A stretch of 63,994 nt of DNA, the filler included, from Basidioascus undulatus (Eukaryota): the NCBI GenBank assembly GCA_000826855.1. It is 3 parts of 3 records of this genome, joined end to end, with 100 filler letters (N's around TTAATTAATTAA, not from the genome) between each part and the next. Parts side by side here need not be neighbours in the genome. Positions count along the whole stretch, not along the records: positions 1 to 21,819 come from JTLS01000316.1; 2 more parts are not named here. One strand, given 5' to 3'. The notes below the pieces were generated by a model, which ran no database searches, was not told the DNA's origin, and saw only the letters and a program-made list of their open reading frames with translations. Position 1 is the stretch's first letter. Every line of letters starts with the position of its first letter. This document shows, in pieces, positions 1 through 11,780 of the stretch. A program made the position numbers and the translations under genes.

Positions 1-2005
1 AGCTCGATACCTCCCCGTCCTCCCCTGCCCACCCACCCAGCCGAAGACAGAACCGCGGGTCCATCTCGTACGTGCGGACGCGCCGGGGCCTTGGCCGGAG
101 GAGAGCCCGGTCGCGGCGGAGACGGCTGTGACGGCGGCGACGCTCGAGATGATTCCCAGCGCGGAGTCGAGCCCGCGCGAGAAGGAGAACAGGGTGCTTC
201 CGTGGGAAAGGGAGGCGGCTGCTACCTCGGTCTGGGGCGGGGGCCGTGAGGAGAGTGTACAGGAGGTAGTAGGGCAGAAGAAGCAGCCGACGGAGGAAAG
301 CGTCGAGACGCAGGCGGCTGCGGCATACTTCCCGGCTCCCGAGGGAATCGATCTGGCCGACTTTGACTACGACATCTCGTTGAGTCCCCTACCTCGACTC
401 TGATTCGGCAATGCTCTGATGTCTCCTCCAAACCGCCCACAGTTGATATTGCCCCGACACGCCCCCGCTCAACGCCCCGCCGCTGCGCCCTCCGCGCACC
501 CACCTGCCGCCGATTGCGCCGGACAGTCCTCTGCCCGAGAAGGCAGTCGAGTCTGGAGCATGGGGACAGATCGACATTTCCAAATACAGATTCTCCATCT
601 CGTATGTCCATCAAAACCTCGCCGTGGCTATCCGCGGGACGTTACTGACGCTTGCATCCCCGGCACAGGTCCTACGGTCCCTACTCGCCCTCCCCACCGC
701 CTTCGCCGCCGCCCGAGCCGAGACCGACACTCGCCGATCCTGAGGAGTACGACTTCCATATCTCGTAAGTATTATCCCCATTCCCCTCCCAGTCTGACAG
801 ACACTAAATCAAACACACGCTGCAGATCCTACGGCCCCGATACTCCTCCGCCGAACGCGCCGCCTCTTCGCCCGCCGCGCAAACACGTTCAGCCGCTGGA
901 TCCCGCGCCTCATGCTTTTCCCCCCATGCACCCCGAAGGCGAGGAGCGTCCCGAGGCTTGGGGAAACGTCAAGTTGACCGAGTACCATTTCTCCATCTCG
1001 TGCGTTCGCCGACCGTCCACTGCTGCGCTGCGAGCGCTGCGAGACTGACAGCCTTTCTTTTTCTTGGTCTGCAGGTCGTACGGCCTGCCCACGTGCGACT
1101 CCACATACTCGCCCTTCCGCACGTCGGGCGCTCCTACGCTTTTGCTGGTCGAGACGCCCGGCCGCTTCGCAGCCGCGCAGGCGGCGGGACCCGCAGTCCT
1201 CCAGCCGCGAAATGGTCTTGGCGTCGCGCGTGCAGGAACAGGCCGAACTGGACGACGTTGACTCTAACACGTCGCAGGTCTTAGATTTGTCACATTTGTT
1301 TGAGGTTCCCCGGATGGGAGCTGACGCAGCCTCTGCTTTCAGCTCCTCCCGCCCCGACACGACCCCGCCCGACGGGACCTCGCTGCAGCCCCTCCCGCCG
1401 TCTGACGAACGTGAGGGCTTGCCAAATTTAGACGTCCGGCTTTCAATACCTTTCAGCGCTCCAATCCCTCCCTCGGAGCGGGAGAAGCTGGGGAAGACGT
1501 CCGGGCAGCAGGGCTGGAAGCTCAACTGGCCGTACTACGTTCCGAGCATGTCGGGACCCGACAGCCCGCCTTCGATTCCTCCCGACCCCGTATGCGCAGA
1601 GGAGAAGTTCGCGATTCCGTCAGCTCTTGAAGGCTGGAAGCTCGGCTGGCCGTACTACGTCTCGCATCCTCGCGCCGGCGCCGGGGATCCTTCGCGCTTC
1701 GCGTACAACCTCGTCTCCCGCAAGGACTGCGCTCACGGCGCAGTACCGCCAGCCCTGCTCCCCTCATACAGCTGGCAAGCGGTAGTTACCCTTCCGCGAG
1801 CGACCGAGACGCCCGTGGAAGGGCTGATCTACCCGTTCCTTGTCATTTGTGCGCCGCTTCAGTTACCTTAGCGGTGTCCACATCCAATGCTGACTGCTAT
1901 TTGATCCAACAGACCCCCGCAACATCGACTCGCCCCTCGTCCTTCCTCGTCGTCCGGCGGCGCAGCTACCTGCTCTGGGCTACCCGATAACCTGCTCGAG
2001 ATCTG
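1..2005 (+). pseudogene. Proline-rich internal-repeat protein gene, 5' partial, apparently disrupted
   Basis: Exons end in Y/F-x-F/Y-x-I-S with a phase-2 intron each time (donors 379, 602, 765, 1000; acceptors 442, 668, 825, 1074) and resume SYGP/SYGL. Later exons carry GWKLxWPYYV twice. Splicing gives an in-frame TGA at 444-446, and there is a probable 1-nt deletion near 1984. Confidence 0.5.
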
Positions 2006-3895
2006 TGAGTCGTTGCGGCGTCGCCGTTGCCTTTCTCCCTTCAAAGGACTAAAAAAAGGAATCGTCTGCGCTTCGTGGGTCTTGCAACTCTTCAGCATGA
2101 GAACCGGGCGAATCCTAACGTGTATTTTATATTATCGTGGGTATTCGGAGCCTCTTCCCATTCGTCAACATCTATCCCATACTCGATGCGCACGTTGCCA
2201 AGCTCATGCACGACAGCGCGATGCTGGTGCCGGTACCGCCTGGCGCCGGCGTCAGGCTCAAGGCTGTTTACCCCAATAGCGAACCCTGCGAGGATTATCT
2301 GGCCTACTTAGAGTGATCTAAGGCAAGACGCTCACCTGCGTTGACGACAGACTCGCCGGTGGTCTATCATGAAAGCCTCAAGCACATTTACCCCGCCGCG
2401 AGTGTTTCGCAGCCCATGGCACTCCCAGGTTCCGTGTCGCCGTGTAAGTTTCCACCACTTCTCAAACATTCTAACGTATCTCTAATTTGGGTTTTACTCT
2501 TAGCTGCTCCTCAACCTCTCCCGCTCCGCCCGCAACGCGAGCGCAAGCCGCCGCCCCTGGTACTGGCCGGCCGCCCTACGCGGCGTACGCCGCGGCTGTC
2601 CCTCTTCTTGGTCTGTAAGCAAACGCTGCATATATTAAATCTTTTGGTTTAATTCTCAATTCCTTTATACCACCCACAGCACCTCCAGCTTCGCCCCGTC
2701 AACGGCCCAGGCTGCGTCGTCGCCCGAGGTTCTCGCATGCCGAGCTCGGTATGTCTTACGGATGCACCACAGGTTCTTGAAAGCTTTCTTCTGGGCAGGG
2801 CATAATGCTAACCCCTCGCTTCTGTATCCTCGCTGTCTTCCTCGGCATCTACCGCAGAGCTGTCCTCGTCCCAAGCGGATGTTTCACCGCCCCGCTCGCG
2901 CCTTCCGTTGCGCTCGAGGTCCGCCAGCGTGAGCATCCGCCTGGTCCAAGCCGAAGCGCAGACGCCTCTTCGGCAGCTGGAACAAGTGAAGGAAACAAAT
3001 ACATACCCGGTAATTTTTGTATCGGATCAAGGACTCGGTTTCCGAACATCGTTTAATCACGACGTGCGGCCACTCAACAGACGCGAGGCAGGCTCCGCGT
3101 CGTTCAGTTTCGCTGGTCCCCGCCGCTCGCCCCTCCGGCACCGGTTGTTCCTACCAAGTCGTCCTATTTGCCCGGTCGCCCTGGAAGGCTGGCCGTACGT
3201 GCTACAAGGGCAGCGCCTGCTTAGGTGCAAGGGGGGTAGTCGGACCTCGACTGGGGGCATTTTGACGGGAGATCTTGAGGCTTAGGAAGTGGGGTTGTAC
3301 CGTTTCTAGTGTAACGTTTCTTAGTATTTTTTGCTGTCTTGGCACCCAATGCTTAAGGCAATTATGAGATCTGCTCAGTGCTTACAGCTCTGTGGCCTCG
3401 GGATACTGCTATCAGGCTTGAACTTTTTTGTAAAGCATCGACCCAATCAAGACAGGGAGAACGGGATTCTGCAGCTACCTATAACCATTCCCTCCCTAAT
3501 ACTTGTTAAATACTGAAATCGGTACTTTCGGTCTGCAGAGTGAACTGCGATCTATTGAGATCGCGGTGCAGTCGAGGCACTGCGACAATGCGAACTCTAA
3601 GAGCCTGACGAAAGCGTGCGCTCGCTCTTCCGTCCGCCACATCGGTAGCAGGGGAAGACCCAAATGAACCAGTCCAGAAGCATCCAAGTCAGTACAGACG
3701 AACGCACATATCGCCTCTCCTCGCCTTTGGAAACTCGACGATGGCAGTAGCAGCGGCAGTCCCACTCGTGGATCGCATTTCCACTCCCGACGTGCCCCCG
3801 GGCGCCGATTACAACACATACCATGGCAACGCCGACATACGGGAAGAGGGAGTTGGCCACTTTCCGACGGGTCAGCTTCATGATCGGTTTTCACA

Positions 3896-6800
3896 ATGCA
3901 CCTGATCGCTAACGACGACGCGGCCGGGTGTTGCACAGACCGGACCACGCGCGTGCAGCAAGTGGAAAAGCAGGCGGAGGCACTCGCTGAAAAGGCAATT
4001 CCCCTCCTCGAAGCGGTGAAGCAGAGGCTTTCGAACACGGGTCAATTGGCCAGCCAGGAGGCCCGTCGAGGCGTCCGCCATGTTGAGGAGCCATCGGCTG
4101 CACAGACGGAGAAGTTCCCGATCAAGGGCGTGTTGAACTCGGGCATGCCTGGATTGGTTTCGACGGGAAGGGCGGACGAAGGTGGCCAAGGTACGTGCTT
4201 TCATACTGCTTGACGGGCTGGAAATGAACTCAGGAGTTTCGGACACCCCCCGACACGGGTAGGCACGCAGGAGGGCGAACGAGCGAGGACCTCGAACGAG
4301 ACCGAAACGGGAACACTGCAGAGTTTAGCCAGCTCTATTCGTGCGCATCTATTGAAACTTTGTGGAAGTACTTCCTTTTCTTAGCAGAATGCTTCACTTC
4401 CAGAGCGCGCAATCGATGCACGCCTGGGGCGGCAGACGAGCGAGATCAGGGCAGAGCAGCCGTCGGAGCAGCAACAGCATGATTGGCGTGCGTCCACCGG
4501 AATTCTTCACAAATCTAATGAAATAAATCCAGAGATTAAACCTCTTTTGCAGGTGCTTTCGAGCGGGAGGGCACCACGAAAGGCCTGGAGGAGGTCAAGT
4601 CGCAGTCGGAAACCATGAAACGTGTCTTGCAGTCGTTCGGTGAGCTGAACTTCCTAATATCTGAGAGGAAATGGAACGTTTTGATTGAGACGGTTTGGTA
4701 GAGAAAAACAGGGGCGCACTCGAAGCTGGAGAGAGGGAGTTTGGGGAAGGCGCCGCCGAAGCGCGTGCTACTGGGCAGTGGATTCGGCCGGGGGAAGTAG
4801 CGAGCGATCTGCGAGAGAAGATTCCTCGTGCGTGAATAAAGGCGTGACTGGAAGAGAAAAGGTGTACTGATTTAACTGTGTATTTATAGAGGATACGGAG
4901 TCTGTGCGACGGACTGCTGAGGAAACTGCGACGAAAGTTCAAGAAGCGACGCAGGCAGCCAGCGCAGGTATGTTTGCCACTTAGCATACCGACGTTCTTC
5001 TAACCTAGATCGACGGACATGTATCATAAAGGGTTATTCGCCACCGCCGCACAAGCGCTCCGAAGCGTGCTTTCCGCGCCCGGCGAGACGCTACGGCACG
5101 TTGCGGGCACCACGTTTGGTACGGGGACTAGCCTGCCTCGATGCTGTTCAAGTGTTGACTCGTCCTAAAGAGCCCGAAGCAGACAAAGGGCTAGAAGCGA
5201 GTCCGGCGATCGTTGGGAGCGCGCTCGACAAGGCGTCGACCTCGGCAGGGCTGGGGCCGATCGAGTCGCGGCGCGAGCAGGCACAGGGTGAGTGAACGGG
5301 ATTGACGCCCTTCTCGTCTGGAAGTGAGTCAAAGAAGATGCTGAGCGGATTTGTGATTTACAGAGAAGCCGAGCACCCCGGCTCGTGCTGTGACGGAGCA
5401 CGTCCCCGGTTTCACGCCCACGCCGTCGGCTTCGCAGTATCAGACGCCTGCAGCTACTCCTTCCACAAAGGACACGAGTGAGGTGTGTCGAGTGCTGATA
5501 TGAGAAAGGTGTGAAATAACACGACGGAGAATTACAGGGCGAGCAGGTACCCGACGTCTCTACCACGCCGGACGTGCCCATGCCGGGGGCCTGGGACGGC
5601 CGCGACATCGAAATTGGTGTGTTTCCGTGCTCTCCCCGCCAGGTAGATGTTCAAATGTTTGCTTAACCTGTTTTACACACAGACGCCAGAAACGCTTTAA
5701 AGGCCACTGAGCGCACGGCCGAGCGCACGGCCGAGGTGGTTCTCCCCCCGCTCTACAAGATGGGCACGTCGGTCGGCACCGCAGCGCAAAGCGCGGCGTC
5801 CGCTGCGCGCGACAAGGCGGAGGAGACGATCGGGACGAAGAAGAAGCCGCCTGTGACGGGCGCGGTGGAAGGGAGGGTGCCTGGGATGGTGAGCGAGGAC
5901 AAGGTGCGGGCGGCAAATGAGAAGGCTGCTCGGCTCGAGGACGATTCGGAACGTGAGCGAGTGTTGCACGGGCGGATATCCGAAGCTAGGCTGATCGTCG
6001 GAGCGATCAGCTGCGACTGAGAGCCCTACCGAAGTCGAAGGTGAGTCTCTTCACAGACATCAGAGCGTGCAACGCTCACCGGCGCCTTGCCTTTTCGCAG
6101 AGCCGGCCAGCGCATACGACATGGCGACGCTCCTCGCGACATCGGGCGCCGGTGTGGCCGGCCGCGAAGCTGCAGTCGAAGACGCTCTGCGTGAGGAGGG
6201 TGAGCTTTTTCACTGCTCATCTCCCGGAACGCTACCGCTCATCAGAACGAATGCGATCACAGAAGTCGAGGAAATCTACGTACCGCCCGAGAAGCCTGCT
6301 GAGGGCCCGCTGCGCGTGTCTGGGCAGACGGGCGTCTACCCGCAGCTCGACGCTCTCTGTACGTGCCCCGTTGACCTGTACCGATGGCACGGCAGAGACT
6401 CACAGACGCCCTTCTCACAGACGCCGCTCCAGACGCGTCTGGGGGATCCGCTCCGCTTGCGCCGTCTTGCCCGCCGGCGCGGGCCGTCATCGAGGAGCTG
6501 TACCCCGGCGGCGACATTCCGAACCCGCCGCGCCTTCCGCAGTTCACGTCTGAGGGCACAGCCGAAGAGGTGGTCATGGCCGGCGAGACCGTCCCTGTGA
6601 CGAACGACGAGCCGGCGGAGAAGGGTGAGGGGGAACCGGGTGCGTCTGTGCTAGCAGCCGCTGCGATGGGCGCGGGGCTGGGAGCCGCTGTGGTGGGGAT
6701 CGCTCCGAGCAGTGCGTAGTCTGAACCATTTTCTGAAGATGGGCTGTTTTACTGACGGCCAGAGACGAAGCAGCCTCGGAACCGGCGTCGCCTGCGTCGA

Positions 6801-7168
6801 ACGTGGCGCAGCGGGCGGTGCCCCCGCCAGAGAGCTGGAAGTCGATCTACCGCGTCGAGTCCGAGCCCGCGCACTCGCTGCACCCGACGCACACAGGCGC
6901 GTCGAGGTCCGTCGCGCCGACGCACGACTCGGAGGGCATCGTGCCCGAGCGGACTGCGACAACGGGCGCCGGCGCGCCGGGGTCGGCCGCGGTCGAGCGA
7001 GACGGCAAGCCTGCGCCCGCGGGTGGAAGCGAGAGCTCGTCGGTGACAAGTCGGTACAGCGCCAATGGAGCGAACAAGGGTAAGGAGAAGGTCAAGGAGG
7101 TTGGGCGCAAGATCAAGGGCGAGATGCAGGAGCTGTTTGGGAAGAAGTTGAGGAAGGTGAACCCGTGA
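3896..7168 (+). CDS. Multi-exon hypothetical low-complexity protein (A/E/G/S-rich); start not resolved
   Basis: Chain of exons with GT-AG introns (e.g. 4191-4262) reading VQQVEKQAEALAEK..., VIEELYPGGDIPNPP..., ending NKGKEKVKEVGRKIKGEMQELFGKKLRKVNP-TGA at 7168. No family recognised. Confidence 0.5.
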
Positions 7169-7565
7169 TGAACGGTTGAGGTTGAGGTTGGATTTGAAGT
7201 CCAATCAGTAACGATTATTATGATGAATATGAAGTTTTTCGCGATTGCGATACTTGATCGAGTGAGAGTGCGCGTGGCGGAAGTGCGCCGGCACTCAGCT
7301 GTTGAGAGCGATGTGGAATAAAGGCCCGCTGGAAGGCTTCAGAGACCGCGAAAGCACCGAAGGATAAGTGAGAACCAACAAAATACTATCCACTGTGTAC
7401 AGGAAATATGGAATTGAAGAGATGAGATGAAGGAGCCAAAGAAAGGGGGTTCAGATTGAGGAGATGGTCGACGCGTCGAACCGTAACCACGAAATTGTGA
7501 GAGCTCGGAGGGAAGCCATGCCTTCCTCCTTCGCTCTATCACAACTCCCAACTTATTTGCCCTCG

Positions 7566-10332
7566 ATGAGCCGGATATCGCCCAATCTAACAGAGCCGTT
7601 CCAATTCAGCTCTCACACCTCCCCCGCGTCCTCCTCCAAGGCCGCTAAAGCCGGCGATGTGCCCGTGCTGCGCGTCCAGCGCGTCCAGGGCGAGGGCAAG
7701 GCGGCTCAGGCAGCTGTCATTACTGTGGGCGGAGATGGGGTGCATCTCATAGACGTACGTCGGTCCAAGAGCCCTGCTACAACTTTCCAGCTGACACCGA
7801 ACAAATGAGCAGGCAGCCACGCAAACACCGCTTCAGTCGTTCACCCTCGGCCCCTCCTTCGCCCCTTCGCACCCGGCTACTTCGGTAGTCTCCGCGGACG
7901 GCGTACGGCGGACGTACGCCCCTGTAGCCGGCGCGAAGGCGGATAAGCAGCGTGTGCTGCTGTGGGCCGAGGCGGACGGGTCTGGTGTCGGTGGGCAGGC
8001 GGACAAAAGCGAGGTTGAGGTGCGTGTGCTCCGTCTTCCAGCTTGCCGTCCGAGGGAGCCTGACAAGGACTCTGAACAGCTGCCACAAGCGCTTCACTCC
8101 CTGCATTCCCTTTCGTCGCACCTCTTTGTTGCGCATCCCTCCTCAGCTCTCTCCCTCGCGTCTGCGGCGGACCTCGGCATCGCCTCAACGCTCGAGCCGG
8201 CTGCGTCCGGCGCTGTCACTTTGGCAGTGTCCGTTAGGGGTGGGGTGAACGAGGTTATTCAGGTGCTGCGGGTTGGCGAGGAAGTGCGAATTCGGGTGGT
8301 CGTCCTGGACGGAGAGGAGTTGCGAGTGCGAGGCGAAGCGGTCGTGCCTGACACACCGCCCGAGGTGCGAGCTCTTGGGTTGGGATGAATTGAGCGAGCG
8401 AGCACTGACAGGAAGACGGAGCAGATCCAATCGGTCAGCATCTCGACCTCCCATACCCATATTCACCTTCTCTCCACTACCGCCTCCGTCCACTCCTATA
8501 CCCTCGTAACCGCCGCCTCTACGCCGTTCATCACCGCTCTTCCCGCCCTCCCCCTGCGCGACCTTTCGCCGCTGTCCCTCCTCCCCGCGTCCCCCTCCTC
8601 CCACATCCTCATCGCCGGTCTCTCGCCCAAGCACGAGGGCGAGCTCGTGCTCACGCTCTGGGACGCGACGTTCTCCTCTCTCCTGTCCGAGCACACCTTC
8701 CCGCTCCCTTCCTCCACGCCTATTCCGACTCTCGCCCTCGCCCCCTTCTCCGACACCCAAGCGTTCCTCGCCCTGTCGGCCGTCCCCTCCGGCAACACCA
8801 AGACGCGCTCCGTCGTCCTCGCCATTCCGTACACCTGCCCGTCCACCTCCTCCCTTCTATCCTCGCTCGGTCGCTCCGCTTCGACCTCGAAATGGGTCGC
8901 TCCCTCCGTCGCGGCTCCCGCTGTTGCTGCACCCGCGGCGCTGGAGGAGAAGCTCGCGCAGCTCTCGAACCGCGTCGTGTCGAGCTTGGCGAACGGGAAC
9001 GTCACCCAAGCGCGCAAGTGGTTCGACGACTGGGTTCAGGAGGAGACGAAGCGGCTGAGGGAGGCGTCTGAGCGCGAGCGGCAGCGCTACAAGGAGGCGG
9101 CGTATCAGCCTACGGAGGAGGTCGTCGACTCGGATGGCGAGCCGACGCCGGCGCAACCGCCGAAGGGGGACCTTCCACCGCCACAGGTCCCTTTGTTCTG
9201 TTATCGGCAGCTGGCTGGGCGCGTATGCTGACATCCCTCAACAATCTAGGGCCTCCCAGTCAAGCCCGACCTGCCAACGGCGCTCGTTGGCCCCATCGTC
9301 CAGGCCATTTTCTCCGCCGCCCTCACCCTCCCCGCCGACCCTGCGTCCACCGCCGAGCCGACCTGCGACCAGAAGCGCTACGCGGCCGAGATCATCGGGT
9401 ACCTCATCGAGCGGTGCGCGGTCACCGATGGCATGGCTGCCAGGTGGGGCGGGATCTTGCGTGCGCTGCGGGCTTGCGGGGACTGGGTAAGTTGCAGTCC
9501 CACATTATCTCTTTGCACCGATCGCGAGACTCATTGGCTTTCCGCATGAAACCAGCGCAACGTCGACCTCGCTGTCCGCCACGTCGCAGACCTGACTGAA
9601 GACTCGCTCATCGACTGCCTCGCGACCGTCTTGCGCGCGCACCCCGTCGCGACCGCCGCAGACGCCATGGGCGTGGACGCCGCTCCCGCTGCAAAGACCG
9701 CGTCCGTTCCCTCGTTTCCCGAGTTCCTGCACGCCGTCACGGGCTATAACGCCTCCGCGGCGTCGCTCCGGCGCGCGCTGCACGCGCGCTTCACGGACGT
9801 CGACGAGGTGTTGCGCATCATGGACGTGCTTGACGGGTGGCTCGTCAGCTGGGAGGACCGCGGGTGGACGGGGAACGTCAAGGCGCGCAGGCGGGCCAAG
9901 TCGAAGGCGGTCATCGTCAACGAGGCCAGCGGGGACCTGAGTGCTCCCCCTCTCGACGACGTGCGTCTTCCCCTCCCACCCTTTCGCACTCTCTTTCCTC
10001 AGAATCCCCAAGATTGACAGCCTCCGTGGACCCACTCGCAGACTGCCCGCCTCCTCCAAACCCTTCTGGACACGTTCTTCCCCGCGCTGCTGCACCATCC
10101 CCCCGCGCACGCGACGCTCGAGCGCATCGCGACGAACCTCGCGCGGCACCTCCAGGTGCACGCCGAGTGGGCGGGCCTTCGTGCGCCGCTCGAGGTCTAC
10201 ACGCGCGGGGTCAAGGAGCGCGGGGCGACGGCGCACCCGGACGAGCCGAAGCGGAGCAAGCGCGTCGAGCGCCGCGAGGCTAACAACCTCAACGTCGGCG
10301 TGTATGGGATCGAGTCGTTCGCGCTCGAGTGA
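7566..10332 (+). CDS. Utp8/NOL11-like small-subunit processome protein
   Basis: Spliced ORF MSRISPNLTEPFQFSS...VITVGGDGVHLID|AATQTPLQSFTLGPS..., beta-rich N half and helical C half, ending VGVYGIESFALE-stop, which resembles the Y-x-I-E C-terminal motif of Utp8/NOL11. Confidence 0.6.
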
Positions 10333-10523
10333 ATTGGGAGGGGGTTGGATTAGATTGGGACTTGCATGCATGTTTTCTGTGTTGTGTACCTATCTGTTGG
10401 TCGCGGGGATGTCTGGCGCTCGCAATCGCTTACAGCAGAACATGGCTTCTTGCAGGGCGGGCAGTGCATACTTCATCATGGTTTTCATTATTTTGTAGCG
10501 ACAACTCTTCCATCCTCAATTCC

Positions 10524-11371
10524 TCACGCGCCCTTCGGCGGCGTCGAGTCGACCGTCATGTCGACGAGCTTGCCAGTGACCTTCTTCCGGAATTCCTGGA
10601 GCTTCCCAAAGAACCCGTCCTCGGCGTACGCGTCAGGCTTGTTGTCCCACTATAAATGCACAAGTTTCGTGAGACAAAGGAAAAGACTTGAGCGAGAACA
10701 GCTTCGTACCTGCTCCTCGTGCTTGATGATCAGCCCGTCCGAATTGCGGTGGATCGTGATGACGCTGTCAAGGGTCTTCGAAGCCGAGCCGGGACCCGCA
10801 AAGACGTAGCGTTGATGCTGTGAATTCTAGAGCGTGAGCAATATGGTGCGGCAAAAGGAGAGGAGAGGGGAACGGACAAGATCGAATTGGAATGAAGGAC
10901 TTGACGGCGGGGTTATCCAGCACGCTCTAGCTGACCGTCTCTGACTTGTCGAATGCCTGTTTGTGTTCCGCTATGTGAGACTCTGGTGCTGAGGGGTTAT
11001 GTGAAGACTCTGCGCACGCGCACCTTCACCAGACCGTTGAACTGGGACTTGATCGGTTCGCGTCCCTCCGCGATGGAGACACTGGAACACGTTCGTGGGT
11101 TGTGCTCAGCTGCCTGGTGGTATCCCATGTAAAGCATCGGAGCTCACGGGTCCTGGAAGACGCCGTTGGTAGCGTACTTGGCGTACACCTCCTCGGACGG
11201 CCTGCGCTGATAACTATGTCCACCCCAAGGCGTATTGTATTCAACTTCGGCCTCTTGCGGGCTCGGCTGTGTGGAGGACATACAGCGCGAGAACAGCGTC
11301 GAGCACAGCCTGCTCCTCCGCCGAGGGCGTGCGGTAGTAAGGTTCTTTGTTTGCTCGGGCTTGAAAGACAT
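10524..11371 (-). pseudogene. NTF2/SnoaL-like family gene with frameshifts and a nonsense codon
   Basis: Spliced reading LYQRRPSEEVYAKYATNGVFQDP|VSIAEGREPIKSQFNGLVK|AFDKSETVS*SVLDNP...QFDL|HQRYVF...IIKHEEQ|WDNKP...FRKKVTGKLV. TAG at 10927-10929; frameshifts near 11325 and 10890. Confidence 0.7.
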
Positions 11372-11780
11372 GCTTGCGAGTTGGAAGTAGACGGGGGTAG
11401 TCGAAGCAGGGAGGCGCGTGGTGCGAGTGGTGCGGGTAAGTGCAGTGGTGTTCGAGCGAAGCATCAGTTGAGAGTCGGAATGCAAGCCGCGGTATGAGAA
11501 CCGCTATTTATCTGAATCGAACAGCCCTTTGAATACGCCGAGAGATCTGCAATGCGATGATGATGAGGAGTCAGTCTGGTGTGGGTGTGAAGGTCCCGAA
11601 GATCGACGGCCTGAAATTGCGTCATCTGGTTTGTCGCTGTCGCACCTCACAAGTGCACGCCCAGATGAGAGATGTGCCTATAGAACGATGCAAATGGGTA
11701 TCTTGCAAAACAATGGTCCCGTAGGGTACAAAAGCACGAAAGGAAGTATCCAAAAGCGAAGCGTCCAATGCAGCAGCGTC

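Noticed and set aside
2805..3285. Short ORFs with a hydrophobic start (MLTPRFCILAVFLG)
   Set aside because: No consistent exon chain or family motif; could not be supported as a gene.
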